A stretch of 64,000 nt of DNA from the NCBI GenBank assembly GCA_000165345.1, contig CM000435.1, positions 800,001 to 864,000 on the forward strand, written 5' to 3'. Below, one piece after another: positions 49,399 through 61,400 of the stretch (positions are counted from its first letter, which is position 1; every line of letters starts with the position of its first letter). Made by a program: the position numbers and the translations under genes. Below the pieces are notes generated by a model, which made no database searches, was not told the DNA's origin, and was given only the letters and a program-made list of their open reading frames with translations.

Positions 49399-52300
49399 TT
49401 ATTCATATATAAATGCAAACGACGTAGATCCATCTTCTTTATTTATATTTTGGATCCTATAATAAAGATCTTTTACTGCATTTTTTCTACTTGATTTTGA
49501 TTCCACAAAGTTTCTGAACAATTTTCTGTTGTTTGTAACCATGTGTTCACAAACACTCTCGGAAACTTTTTTCATATCAATACTTTGAGATTTTTCGCTT
49601 AACTTATTTTCTATCTTCAAAAGCGAGATGTTCTTTCCACTAATTAATGATGACATTAGATCAATACAATTTGATAAAATCTCACTCATTTTAATTCTGA
49701 GTTTACCTGAATCAACCAAGTCTCCATCAGGAATCGCGTTTACAATTAATAAATACCCAATCTCATATGCCGAGTCTATCATCATCTTAATAAAGCTTTC
49801 TGGATTGAAAAAGAATCTGATTTGATTAATTTCTGTTTCTTGGCAAAAATCTGAAAATGAGTATTTCTTCAATTTATTTAAATTTTTTACAGATAGTTTT
49901 GTAATCAACTGATGGAAAATGTGAGGCCCTACGCTTAAAGAATAATCTTTAGCCCACATATTTACGATATTTGAAATAGTGTACCATCCAATAATTTTGT
50001 CTTTTGAAGCTGTTTTAGAATTAGCACTAATTTTTTCGAGTAATTTCGAGTGTATTTTTTTTTTATCTTTAATTGAAAAAAGGAAGTGGTTGGGTGAGAT
50101 TAGATCGATAAACGTTTGGCATATAACTTTTATTATATCTTCTTTAATTTGGTCGTTTATGTCAATTGTTACTGTTCCGTCAACATCTGTCGGATATTCC
50201 ATGACTGGGACACTATACTCAAATACCTGACTATCATCGGGATTAAGAACAATTATTTCGTTTGAATGGCTATTGGTCCAAACTTTACACATTGACTCAA
50301 GATCAGATAAGCTGGTATTTTTATTAAAATCGAGTTTTATATCCGCCATACTTTCAAGTTGAAGAAAAGACATAGCTTCTTGGAATGCACGACGAATAAC
50401 ATATGTATTGAAGAAAATCAAGTCAGAGTAGATTAATAAGTTTTTGCTTTGGAGATCTTTATGCATTTCAACTGGTGCAAGTTTTAAAAATGAATAATTC
50501 GCCATTTCTGGATCAATATAAATTAAAGTATCTATACTTCCATTCAAGGCTCTAACTTCTGTGGCTGAAGGTACTCCAAAACTAAATAGTGTTTCAATAA
50601 ACTGATCTTTAATATTATTGTGGATACTTTTTTGCATATTTATATGATTAGAATAGTCCGACAAAGGATGTTTTTCAACCAAGAACTGCATTGTATTGAA
50701 TATAAGTTCAAATTGATGGCTTACAGAATAAATATAAATCACTGTCCTTCCATATTTTTTCTCTAAATCATTACAGAATGTTATGATTTCTTCTTTAGAA
50801 TATATGAGCATTTGCGAAACCCAATTAAAGCAATATTTATAAAGTGTAGTTATTTCATCTTCATCTATTTTGATGTTATTAAGCTTTTTTAAATCAGTTG
50901 CTTTTTTGGACGAAATCTGAGAAATCAAAAGACGATTAATCATATCATATGTAATCAACTTTTTTCTTGAGTAAAGAGGCGAATGAATAGTACTAATCCA
51001 TGATCCAAGCTCAATAAGTGGAGTTTGTGACATTTCTATAATGATATATTCTGTGAATTCTTTTTCAAAATAAATGCTTAGTATTTCGGCTTGAGAATAA
51101 AATGCATTCAACAATAATGCTGGGTCCCAAAAGTAGTGGTAATTATAAAATCCAACAAAGCTATTGGACTTAATTAGTTGATTATAACTTGATGTTTTGG
51201 AAATCAATTGCCAGTCAGCTGTAACTAAACTAGCTGAAGTATTTGGCCAAATTAATTTATTTCCAGACCTTGCATCATCTTGTTTAATTCTACGTATAAA
51301 CTCCATTAAAAAGATCTTTCTTATTTCCCCAAAAATAAATGGAAGATTTGGTTCCCAAATATTTGCAACTTCACTACAGATTCGTTCTGAACGGTCCTTT
51401 TCTGTTGAATCTCCATAGAATGACGAAAGTTCCATAATCAATATTGAAAGTGGAGATATTCTAGTCAAGTATTCAGCGCACAAATTGGATAGTTTTTTGT
51501 CCATTTCAGTATCTCCTCTTTCAAAAATATGTATAGAACTATGTGAAGCAAAAATACTAGGTAATAATGATGGATCTTGAAAATATTCTACATATTTTGA
51601 TATACTTATCAGCTCCCTTTTTAGCACTTGAATTATCGTTTCAACAATATTAATTGGACTAATAAAAGTACTTTCTAAACCCAGGGTTGAGTGCAATATG
51701 AACCAATCCAATCCATTTGTAAATGTGTTTGAGATCTGGTCCCAATATATGCTTTTTGAGGAAATACCTGAATTTTCATTATCTCTAAATTGGTTTAGAA
51801 AATCAAATCCAGACAAAGAAGATTTCTTTGACATTATATTTGCAATCTTCGGGCTCAATGATTCAAAGTATTTAATACCAAACAATTCAAGTAGAACATT
51901 ATTTTTTGTCATTTCTAAAAATATTTTTTTAATTTTATTCGTATCTCTCAATTGAACATCACTCCTTGGATATCCAGATAAGTAAATTGTATTGTTAAAC
52001 GACACTAGACTAACCGAGTTTACAGAAATTACTGGTACAATTGTGGAGTCTATCATTTTTACTCTCTCCCAGCTACATGGAAATGGAGGTTCCAATTCGA
52101 AAAATATTCCAGGATAAATGTATTCTCTTGGTTCGGGGAATAGTGGAGCATGATAAATTGCTTTCAATCTTTCCTTAGTTGTCAAAAATATACCATCACT
52201 TTTAGTTTTTAAGTTAATAATTCTTTCTTCTTCCAACAACATTTCATAGAAAAACAATACGATGTGTTTGAAATCCAAGTTTCTATAATGTTCTATGAAT

Positions 52301-55300
52301 AATTGACTGAAAATATTAATAGTGAAGAATGGCAACTTTTCAAGATCATCTTCCCAAGATCCAAATATTTGCTGGTTATAATCAGCACCATTCAAATCAT
52401 TATAGTAGAAGTTTAAAACTTTATAAAAGAAGAACATATCAAATATATTGAACGATCTGTTTCCGTGGTCTGTATTAATAACTTTAGGGAGTTTTCTTGA
52501 TTTAATATTAATACTCCAAATTTTTGAGATTTTCTTGAGAAGTTCTTTGCGATCCTTCAACAGTCTTGGGCCCTTATTAATATATCTTTGTAGCATTCCT
52601 GCCCAATATACTGCTCTGTTAACTTGCCAAACAAAAAGCCCGTCACAGTTGAATCTGGATTTAACTTCTAGCTCCGAAGTAATTAAAATATTGACCTTTG
52701 GTGCTTTTTCTTCTTTTTTGTTTAGCTCTGCCCCTTCTTCATCAATACCCTTCTCTAGTTCTACAACAGTTCCGATTGACGGCCAAATTGATGGAATAGT
52801 TTCTGGAATATCATCTAGAAAAGTTTCTTTTTGACGAATACACATTTTAGATCTCCAATATCTACCTCTGAATCTGCTAAATTTCATTTGCGGAGCTGGC
52901 TTGTTCTTATTTAAGTATGGGATCTGAATATTTGAGAAATTTAAATTTGTATCCATTTCAAATATTGGGAAATAGCCAAATGGTGGAGTTCGAGAATATT
53001 TCATATTTTCATGTAATGGGAGAGAATAAAAGCTATCAATTTGATTCCAAGATTCATCTCTTAAATCTTTATTAGATAGGTTTGCTTTAACTAATTTGGC
53101 TTCTTCCTTCAAATAGTTAGTAAATAACATAAAAACTGATTGAATGCTTGGACTTGCATTGGGAATAGAGAGTTGAAGATGCTCCAGCCACGATCTAAGA
53201 CTAAGATCTGAGCTTTTGTATTTATGGAAAGCCTCCATAACATTGTTTGCAGTAATTTTCCAGTTGTTTCTCTTAGATAGACGAGAGCTTTTGCTGATTG
53301 AATATGCAATAAATGTGCTCATATTAATTTCTATTTGATGCAGATTTCTGCCAGTCATAACATCAGAATGACCAATTGGCCTCTTAAACCCTTCTTGTAA
53401 GAAACCAACTATTTCTTCATAGTGCTCAGAAGGTAAATGAAGGTAATTAAAGTAGGTAATTGGCATGCTATTTAAATCATTTGTTGACCTGTGAAATGGA
53501 GTCGCAAATCTGTAATTGTCATTTGTACTAAAAATAGATTCAAGCACTTCCATATTTCTAATTTGATTTTGATTTATAAAACCTTCTTGAACAATGTTCA
53601 TATTAATTTCCTTATAGCCACTTTTTGTATTTTTATTAATGGAATTAAAAAAGCCAAAAAGTAATGCTTCTGCAACAGGGGCTGTGAACCATGGCTTCCA
53701 CTGCATATTCATCTCAGGATCAGATTTAACTCGCTCAAGGTGGGAATTGATTACATGCTTAGACAGTAATGATGCCCAGCAAACTGTGTTTGATGAATAA
53801 TTTGGACTTGCATTGATTTTTTTGACATTCAACCACCAGCTACATAGTCCATCTAAGGGAAATTCGAATTTTAATTCTTCCAAAAGTCCTTTTTTCGTAG
53901 ACCCTTCAGGAACTTGTGAGTTGAAAACGCTCTTTGAAATAGTTTCTAAGTAAGAACTAAGAGAAACCAGCATTCTAATTTCAGATTCTGAAAGGTCTTT
54001 ACAAGTCTCTACATTCCTATAGTAAGTATTTGGGTCTAAGCTTTGTAGGAACGGAATTATGGACTTTAGTGAAAGAGATGGAAAACTGGATATCTCCAAT
54101 TTAGGTAATAACTCTTTCTCAATTTCATCAATATTTAACCTCAAGGATGAGCTGATTGGTCTATTTTCCATGGAATAACTTAGTCTGTAACATTCAATTA
54201 AATTTTCACCATATTGAGTAGTGTCATGTGTTGGGTATTCTGGCAACTCAAATGTCTGAGAAATCCAATCTCCTGCGTTTTTTACTAGGACTCTCACTAA
54301 CTGCTTATTTTTTATCCACTCTTTATCTTTAAATACTCTGTAGAAAACATCACCAAATTGAGATTGAAAAACTTTCTTTTTTACAATCTCCTTAACAATT
54401 TCGCACATTATAATAGGATCGAATGATCCGTGGAAAATTGGATCAATCAATTTTCTCTGGAATTCCATAAAATATATTCTAAATGCATTCATCAGATTTG
54501 CAACCCATATACTATCACACTCCGATTCTAGAGGTGGATTTGGCAATGAAAGAGTATCATCGACAAAAGGGTTTAACTTTAACCTTGTAATTGGGTTTAA
54601 ACTATCTAATCCAATAATTTTGAGATCTTGATTAGAAGTGACTACTGGGGTATATTTTTTCTCAAACAAGTATTTAATTTCGTCAAGTTTAATTTTATTC
54701 TTATCAAGTATCTTAGTTTTGCTTATTCCACCCAATTTCAGAATATATTCTGTTTGACTCCAAATATTGAATGTCGATAGTAAATAAGATCCAATTAATG
54801 GCTGCAGCCAAGGGATTGTCCCTTTGGCTTCCTTTTCAAGTGATTCTCCAGCTTCATCAACATCCACAGTTGTACCTGGTATCGAATCTTTAGGAAAATT
54901 ATTAATTACCCAACTACAAAGTATATCTATTTCTATCTTGAATTGACTTGGCTCATTTAATTTTGAAAGAACCATTTTCATAGTGGTTTTTACTGAATTT
55001 TGGAAAGCAATTACAAAATTTACTTGCCAACTTTCTAGATTTGGGCATTTTTTGGAGATTAATTCAAATGTTGATTGTTCGATTGGTTTATCATCTAATT
55101 CACGTTGAAGTTCTCTATATCCTAATATTGCATCTTTTTTTAAGTAAAATTCTAATGCTTCAAATACGTTGCTTGGAGGATTAAAATCTGGGTATATGAT
55201 GTTTTTAGGAAGGTCCCTTGCTCTATTTGAGAAAATTTGTGGGTTTGAATAAATATACTCGATTCTTTTTTCCGCCTTTACTGGCCCAGGAAAGTTCATA

Positions 55301-58119
55301 CTTTCCATCATCAGTGAGTACCTAAGGACATATTCTGAAATATTTGAATTCTTTATGAAAGGTAATTTATCAGCGAGAACTACGCTCAGAGGATAATTTA
55401 CTGGATGTTTCCACCAAAGACACAAAGAACTTACTGGGATTTCAACATCTTTTGTCCCAAGCTTTTTTAGATCTATGAAGTGATTTGTGAATGATTCAAT
55501 TATCGCTGCCAATACGTGGAGATAGTTGATGATATTTTGCTGAAGCCCAACACATGTTTGTTTATTTCCTGGTATAAGAATTGTATTAATATTGGCCCTG
55601 CATCCAAATGGAGTCAATGCATTAATTAATTTCTTATTAATGGGGGAGATAGTTATGTCAAATGGTAAGAAAGCAAATAGAGGTGCAGAACACACTCTTA
55701 TTGAATATATTGATTCAATTGAATCGATGGTATTCTTTGGGTTAATATACATATTTTTTTCGAGATTCATTCTAAATTGGTTGCTAAGCTCAATAAAAAA
55801 ACTTGAGGTAACTTTCTTTGCTTTATTTGAATTATCGCTTGAAAAAGGAAATAGTTCATGCAAATTTTCTTTAAATAACATATTTGAAAGATGAGTTCCA
55901 AAATCAGAAGGATTATATGGGTCTTTCTTTTCTTTTTCCAAACTCAAGAATGTTTTACATAGTAAAGTAATTGGAATAACTGATTCTACTGAGTTAGGGA
56001 ATATATGCGAGATGAAACCCTGAGAAAATGAGCCAAAACAGAGCAAATAGTTAAGCTGAGATTGAGCAATAACCCCGCATTCTTCTAAAGCCCAAACATC
56101 TCTTGCAAGATCAACAGGTGCGGACGCCAATAACTCCAATTCTGATCTGGAATTGTATCCTTCTGTTGAACGACCTTTTGGAGAAACTCCTATTACACCG
56201 CAAAAAGCCAATTCTAATTCATATAAAATTCCAATCAAAAGCCTTTTATTTGATAAAATACTTTCATTCTTGCTAACTTCCAACTCTACATCTCTACATA
56301 ATTCTTGAAGCAATTTATCTAAATCTGAATGGGTTCCTCCAACAACTAAATCAGCCTTTCCAGCAGAAGCTAAACCTTGGACATATGTTTTACAAATTTT
56401 AACTACATTCCCTCCACTGGGATCAATAACATTCCCTACCTTACTATTAATTGGGACGGTGTAATCCAAAACAATCAAGGAGTCTGAATAGCTTTCTGAT
56501 GAGATCCGAAATATTAAATATAGTAAATATTCGGAAGGAATCAGCCAATAACTTAGATCTCTATAGACAATTTCATTAATGCATTCACCAGAATTACATT
56601 CTGATATTAAATCCCAAATCTGGTCCTTTTCATTCAAGTAGGGTGCAGCACCTCTTTTTGTGATAATCTTTTTGTACAATTCAAATAGTCTGGATTTTGG
56701 GGCTTGAGATTTACTTGGTGGATTTATAGTGGTTTCTTCCATTTCATTATCATCAACTCCTAATATACTTTGTGATTGAATTGTATGTATTCTTTCTAAG
56801 TAGGCTTCCGAGTTTTTCATGATTTCAGGAAGGTATGATTCATGAGCGATCAGACACAGCTGTTCAGCAGCAGTTCTAATTATGTGGCTGCTTGTAATCA
56901 ATATTTCTCCGTCTTTGAGAAAGAACTGAGTTAAATCACCATCTAAAAACCCTTTACTTATTTGTGAGTTTCTAAACATTATGAATTTGACACACTCAGC
57001 CTTGAAGTTAAGAAGAGAAAAGTTTGGACCTGACTGATAAAGGACTGAACTATCTATCACATTAGGTAAACCCTTGACAAGATAATCTGATTCTTCATTA
57101 AATTCGCTTTGTGCTTCAACAACTGACTGCCATGCAAGAAGTAAACGAGCTTCTGGGCCTAAAACTCTTAGTTTTTCGGATATATCCTCCTGATTTATTA
57201 ATTTAATCAAATCCACACCAGCTTTTTTTGTTGACGCCAACGCTTGATTGGCCAATGTACCATAGCTGCTTTTAATATTACCTCGATCAATTTCCCGGAT
57301 GTCTTTTTTAGGTCTGGCAATAATTCTTTTTTGTTTCTTGTCTTCTAACTCAATTTTTTGTGGCTTTACAATTTTTTTCGTTGTATTACTTCGATCAATA
57401 GTAACAAGTTTTCGTTTTTCAGGTTTAGGACGAGTGGCAATTAAATATTTCTCTTTATTTCCAGAGTCAGCAGTCACTAGACTCGTCTGAGTATATTTAT
57501 CATTTAATTTTTTCCCTTCAGTCATAACTGTTTGTTTTACATGCTCTAAAGATTTTTTGGCAGCCTCATCAGTAAAAACGCTTTTAATACCCCAGCTCTT
57601 TAATCTTTCCACATAATTCTCTAATGCTGGTATTTCTAAAACTTCAGGGCCATATTGTAAAAAACAATACTGAATCTCTCTTGCAACTCTATCACCAAGG
57701 TCTTGGAATGATGCCTTAAAACCACTATTAAGTATACTAACATCGCTATCTATAACTTGTGGGGTAAATGGATCAAGCTCTATTCTGTTTAAAAGCCTTT
57801 CACAAGCTTGTATAATTTCTACAGAAACGAATAGGTCCCTACCACCAGAGTTCTGATATATTACTGGCAATTTGTTGGCTCTCTTTAAGCTATCAATCTC
57901 TCGATCTGCTAATTTCCAAGTTTCTGGATCTTTGATTGTGCGATAATTTACTGCATCTTTGGAAAAAATTAGTCTGGCTTTGTTAAAAGAAATTATATCA
58001 TTATTTTGATATTCACTACAAAATATATACCCAATAAATGTAGCAATAAATATTAGGCATAAATAAATATGCTTGAATTTGATCATTTGATCTGTGCTGT
58101 TCATATTATTATATAACAA
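49399..58119 (-). CDS. Giant (2906 aa) hypothetical protein with an N-terminal signal peptide or signal anchor (IYLCLIFIATFIGYIFCSEYQ). It is a paralogue of the adjacent divergent 1715-aa gene.
   Basis: One uninterrupted 8.7-kb ORF. The N-terminal module (KLPVIYQNSGG ... DPFTPQVIDSDVSILNS ... REIQYCFLQYGPEVLEIPALENYVERLKSWG) aligns with the N-terminus of the 58475..63622 product. Confidence 0.75.
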   Translation of the reverse strand: MLYNNMNSTDQMIKFKHIYLCLIFIATFIGYIFCSEYQNNDIISFNKARLIFSKDAVNYRTIKDPETWKLADREIDSLKRANKLPVIYQNSGGRDLFVSVEIIQACERLLNRIELDPFTPQVIDSDVSILNSGFKASFQDLGDRVAREIQYCFLQYGPEVLEIPALENYVERLKSWGIKSVFTDEAAKKSLEHVKQTVMTEGKKLNDKYTQTSLVTADSGNKEKYLIATRPKPEKRKLVTIDRSNTTKKIVKPQKIELEDKKQKRIIARPKKDIREIDRGNIKSSYGTLANQALASTKKAGVDLIKLINQEDISEKLRVLGPEARLLLAWQSVVEAQSEFNEESDYLVKGLPNVIDSSVLYQSGPNFSLLNFKAECVKFIMFRNSQISKGFLDGDLTQFFLKDGEILITSSHIIRTAAEQLCLIAHESYLPEIMKNSEAYLERIHTIQSQSILGVDDNEMEETTINPPSKSQAPKSRLFELYKKIITKRGAAPYLNEKDQIWDLISECNSGECINEIVYRDLSYWLIPSEYLLYLIFRISSESYSDSLIVLDYTVPINSKVGNVIDPSGGNVVKICKTYVQGLASAGKADLVVGGTHSDLDKLLQELCRDVELEVSKNESILSNKRLLIGILYELELAFCGVIGVSPKGRSTEGYNSRSELELLASAPVDLARDVWALEECGVIAQSQLNYLLCFGSFSQGFISHIFPNSVESVIPITLLCKTFLSLEKEKKDPYNPSDFGTHLSNMLFKENLHELFPFSSDNSNKAKKVTSSFFIELSNQFRMNLEKNMYINPKNTIDSIESIYSIRVCSAPLFAFLPFDITISPINKKLINALTPFGCRANINTILIPGNKQTCVGLQQNIINYLHVLAAIIESFTNHFIDLKKLGTKDVEIPVSSLCLWWKHPVNYPLSVVLADKLPFIKNSNISEYVLRYSLMMESMNFPGPVKAEKRIEYIYSNPQIFSNRARDLPKNIIYPDFNPPSNVFEALEFYLKKDAILGYRELQRELDDKPIEQSTFELISKKCPNLESWQVNFVIAFQNSVKTTMKMVLSKLNEPSQFKIEIDILCSWVINNFPKDSIPGTTVDVDEAGESLEKEAKGTIPWLQPLIGSYLLSTFNIWSQTEYILKLGGISKTKILDKNKIKLDEIKYLFEKKYTPVVTSNQDLKIIGLDSLNPITRLKLNPFVDDTLSLPNPPLESECDSIWVANLMNAFRIYFMEFQRKLIDPIFHGSFDPIIMCEIVKEIVKKKVFQSQFGDVFYRVFKDKEWIKNKQLVRVLVKNAGDWISQTFELPEYPTHDTTQYGENLIECYRLSYSMENRPISSSLRLNIDEIEKELLPKLEISSFPSLSLKSIIPFLQSLDPNTYYRNVETCKDLSESEIRMLVSLSSYLETISKSVFNSQVPEGSTKKGLLEELKFEFPLDGLCSWWLNVKKINASPNYSSNTVCWASLLSKHVINSHLERVKSDPEMNMQWKPWFTAPVAEALLFGFFNSINKNTKSGYKEINMNIVQEGFINQNQIRNMEVLESIFSTNDNYRFATPFHRSTNDLNSMPITYFNYLHLPSEHYEEIVGFLQEGFKRPIGHSDVMTGRNLHQIEINMSTFIAYSISKSSRLSKRNNWKITANNVMEAFHKYKSSDLSLRSWLEHLQLSIPNASPSIQSVFMLFTNYLKEEAKLVKANLSNKDLRDESWNQIDSFYSLPLHENMKYSRTPPFGYFPIFEMDTNLNFSNIQIPYLNKNKPAPQMKFSRFRGRYWRSKMCIRQKETFLDDIPETIPSIWPSIGTVVELEKGIDEEGAELNKKEEKAPKVNILITSELEVKSRFNCDGLFVWQVNRAVYWAGMLQRYINKGPRLLKDRKELLKKISKIWSINIKSRKLPKVINTDHGNRSFNIFDMFFFYKVLNFYYNDLNGADYNQQIFGSWEDDLEKLPFFTINIFSQLFIEHYRNLDFKHIVLFFYEMLLEEERIINLKTKSDGIFLTTKERLKAIYHAPLFPEPREYIYPGIFFELEPPFPCSWERVKMIDSTIVPVISVNSVSLVSFNNTIYLSGYPRSDVQLRDTNKIKKIFLEMTKNNVLLELFGIKYFESLSPKIANIMSKKSSLSGFDFLNQFRDNENSGISSKSIYWDQISNTFTNGLDWFILHSTLGLESTFISPINIVETIIQVLKRELISISKYVEYFQDPSLLPSIFASHSSIHIFERGDTEMDKKLSNLCAEYLTRISPLSILIMELSSFYGDSTEKDRSERICSEVANIWEPNLPFIFGEIRKIFLMEFIRRIKQDDARSGNKLIWPNTSASLVTADWQLISKTSSYNQLIKSNSFVGFYNYHYFWDPALLLNAFYSQAEILSIYFEKEFTEYIIIEMSQTPLIELGSWISTIHSPLYSRKKLITYDMINRLLISQISSKKATDLKKLNNIKIDEDEITTLYKYCFNWVSQMLIYSKEEIITFCNDLEKKYGRTVIYIYSVSHQFELIFNTMQFLVEKHPLSDYSNHINMQKSIHNNIKDQFIETLFSFGVPSATEVRALNGSIDTLIYIDPEMANYSFLKLAPVEMHKDLQSKNLLIYSDLIFFNTYVIRRAFQEAMSFLQLESMADIKLDFNKNTSLSDLESMCKVWTNSHSNEIIVLNPDDSQVFEYSVPVMEYPTDVDGTVTIDINDQIKEDIIKVICQTFIDLISPNHFLFSIKDKKKIHSKLLEKISANSKTASKDKIIGWYTISNIVNMWAKDYSLSVGPHIFHQLITKLSVKNLNKLKKYSFSDFCQETEINQIRFFFNPESFIKMMIDSAYEIGYLLIVNAIPDGDLVDSGKLRIKMSEILSNCIDLMSSLISGKNISLLKIENKLSEKSQSIDMKKVSESVCEHMVTNNRKLFRNFVESKSSRKNAVKDLYYRIQNINKEDGSTSFAFIYE

Positions 58120-58474
58120 CTTATCAAGAATATTTTCCAGTTATTCTTTACATCAATTGTCAGGTTATGTAAGATTTCTACAAAAATTCATTAATCATGC
58201 AATTTTACACAAATTAGTCAACATATATCTGCTATTAAATTCTCTTCTGCAGTTTGTTTTATATTATTGCATTACCGCTTTTATCTGCATGGGAACCACA
58301 AACACTGAAATTAGAATCTAAAAACTATGGCGGGTATTTTTCATTGGCATGCTATAAAAAAATTGTATTGAAGGTCCGAAGAGTTTTGATCATATATCAT
58401 TAATAACAATAATCAAGACGGTTGATGATACATTATTTACTTGAAAAGATATATAATGACTATAAAGTGATAAT

Positions 58475-61400
58475 ATGGTTTATATAAAGAAAGAACGAGA
58501 GAAAAGAAGTTTGAATAGATGTTTGTTATTAATAATTTTACTAATAATTCTAGAAATATTATGCGCAAATGGGGAAGGAAGAATATCCTTTGAAGAATAT
58601 CCATCTGGGTTAGATAAAAATAAACAAGATGAACATTTAGTTAATGAATTAATTGATACAACTTCAGATCTGAAATTTAAACAGATTTTGATAGAGAAAA
58701 CTTGCGGTGAGAAAGGAACAAATTATACTAAGGATGGGCTGAAATTTATTAAAAAAAATCTGGAAGAGTTCTCGTCAAATGAATACTACAGACTTAAATC
58801 TTTGAAAAAATTACCCAAAATTTATTCTGGAAAAAATGAGAAATTAATGCTAAGATCTTTTAGGGGAGGCGAAATTCTTGGCTCGCCATTACGGCTAAGA
58901 TCAAGAGTATTAAAGGACGAATTTTCTATCCCAGTTATTGAGGATGATTTCGCCATTTTTTCAGATGAATTAGATTCTAGTATTAATATTATTTATCCCA
59001 GGGTAATGAATGAAATAAGATATACAGTACTCTTGTGCGGCGGTGGATTAGTTACTATGCTGCCTATTGTCAGATATATGAAATTGTTAAACAGTTATGG
59101 AGAATATATGTCTAATGACCGCATAATTTTGCAAGGTATTGGCATTTATGAGAGAGAAAAGGCAGAGTCTCGACGTAGGAGCGCTAATATTGAGGCAAAA
59201 TACTTGTCAACATTGCCTTATTCAGATGAAATATATACCGGCCAGAGCATTAAAAGGGGTGGGATTATAGTTGGAATATCTGATTCTATAAAAGAAGAAC
59301 AGGATTTAATGAAGTCAATTCTTAGCAAGCAGAATTTGGATGATGGATACCAGGGAGCAGTTTTAGGATTAAATATCCGTGCAAAAGAAGAATTGTTTGA
59401 AAAAAACAGAGAGAATGCTATGAGTGATGCACAAGGGCATTTCGTATACAGCTCTGTGTTTGATTTTGACTCTCCAAATGCATTGTTTACTATGTTTAAT
59501 GAAAATTTATCGCATTTTGAAAATAATAATTTGGAATTCATGGCCAGCAATAGTAGGAACAAAATACCTCACCAAATAACGAGGGCTGAGTCAATTAAAA
59601 ATACAACAATCAATAGAATAAAATCCAATTTGATGGGATTGGATAACAATTCAAATGAATACTCTTCAGAAGGATCGATTGAGACAGGAGCTATTGAGTT
59701 TGATAAGAAAAAAGGGGAAGCAGTTTTGCCTTATGACGACCCACTCAACCCAGAAAGTATTATAATTGGAAAGAGAATTAGGCCAAATGATCAAATATCA
59801 ACAGGGTCAACAGAATATCAAGCGAGATTAATTCCAGAATCAAAGCTAGCAGCTTCTGAGCTTGAACCTATTAAAGGATTTCCAACAAATGATAAAGTTG
59901 ATAAGGTTATAGTTGAAATAATTAGTGAGCTGGAAAATCAAAATTATCTCAACAATTTAACTAACTTAAAAACGTCAAAAGCGTATACTGAAGCTTATAG
60001 ACGTTTCCCTGCATATGTTTCTCAAAAGAAAATAATACCTGTTCATGATCAAGCATACATTTTTTGGGAGTCTCTAAGGTTATCGAATAGTATTATGAAT
60101 AAAAGACATGGAGTTAATGTCTCTAACTTTCCAGAAAAAGCAAATATACCCAGCGATAATATTTTGCCAAATAAAATACCGGTAACAAATAAAGAAATTA
60201 CCCGAAATTGTTATAGATTAATAAGATATTTTCAAAAAAGTGGTATTCCCTTTATCTTCAGGGCAGCATCAAAGATTCAAGGAAGTAAAAATTATAACGT
60301 AAACTTTGTTGATCCAACGAAGTCGGAGTACAATCAAGAGTATAAATTATATGCAAAAATATTATGTAATCAATTGTTACCGGAAATTTTCGTATACACA
60401 TTCCACAATGTATTTGAACTTCTCATTTCTAAACGAGAACAGAAATACTTCAATGAATTGGATGAAAAGAGATTAGAACTCGAAGTACAGCAGAAGGAGG
60501 CAGATGCCTTAAAGAAGATACGAGAGTCAGTTATCTCAAGAGCACATATTACTCCATATATTGTCGAAAAACCATTTGAAAGGTACTTTAATGCTTGGAG
60601 GAGAAGCTTTGGGTATAACGGATTTATAGTCTATCCCCGAATAAAAACCTCAGTATTAGAAAAGATGTACAATATTGCCAAGTTTGGCCCGCAAATTATA
60701 GAGAAAAAAAAGAAGAATGCTACTCCTGATGAAGTCAGAAGTTCTATTTCAAAAGCTCTTATTAGAATTATTGACGAATACTTTGCAAACTTGAATACAT
60801 TGGATTTGTTCTTGAATAGAGTTCAAGTTGAAGAGTTTATTAATGGAACATTTTCAAACTTATTTAGTATTGCAATTAGTGAGTTAATTAAAAAAATGCC
60901 AATTGCCCCCGAAATGGATATTAAAAGCCATGGAAACAGTTTTCAAATAAAAGAGTTATTTGTGAGTTGTACTGATTATATTAAAGCAATATTAAATTTT
61001 AATAAAAATATAAATAAGATTTCTGACAATTTGGGTTTGGAAGATAATCTTAGTAAAAGTGGTTATAAAAATTCAAATTTGAAAAGTACAACTGATTTTT
61101 CATTAGGAATCAAACTTCTTGAAAGTGGGTATGAATCTGCATGTATGTTTGCAAGTAATCTATTAAAACCAAATATTATTGAGTACTCTTTGGCAATGGG
61201 GTCAAATGGTGTAATTACAAAATTGGCAGAAAGAATCAAAAGTTCCTTTATTCACCAATCTTTGACTGATGGCTCCAGTAAAATCCCTCTTGAACTTGGA
61301 TTGAAAATGTTCGAAAATAGCTATATTGATGTTTATAAAAGGGTATGCGAGCAGCATGGAATATTGTATTTTATACCAGCAAATGAAAAACAGTATTTCG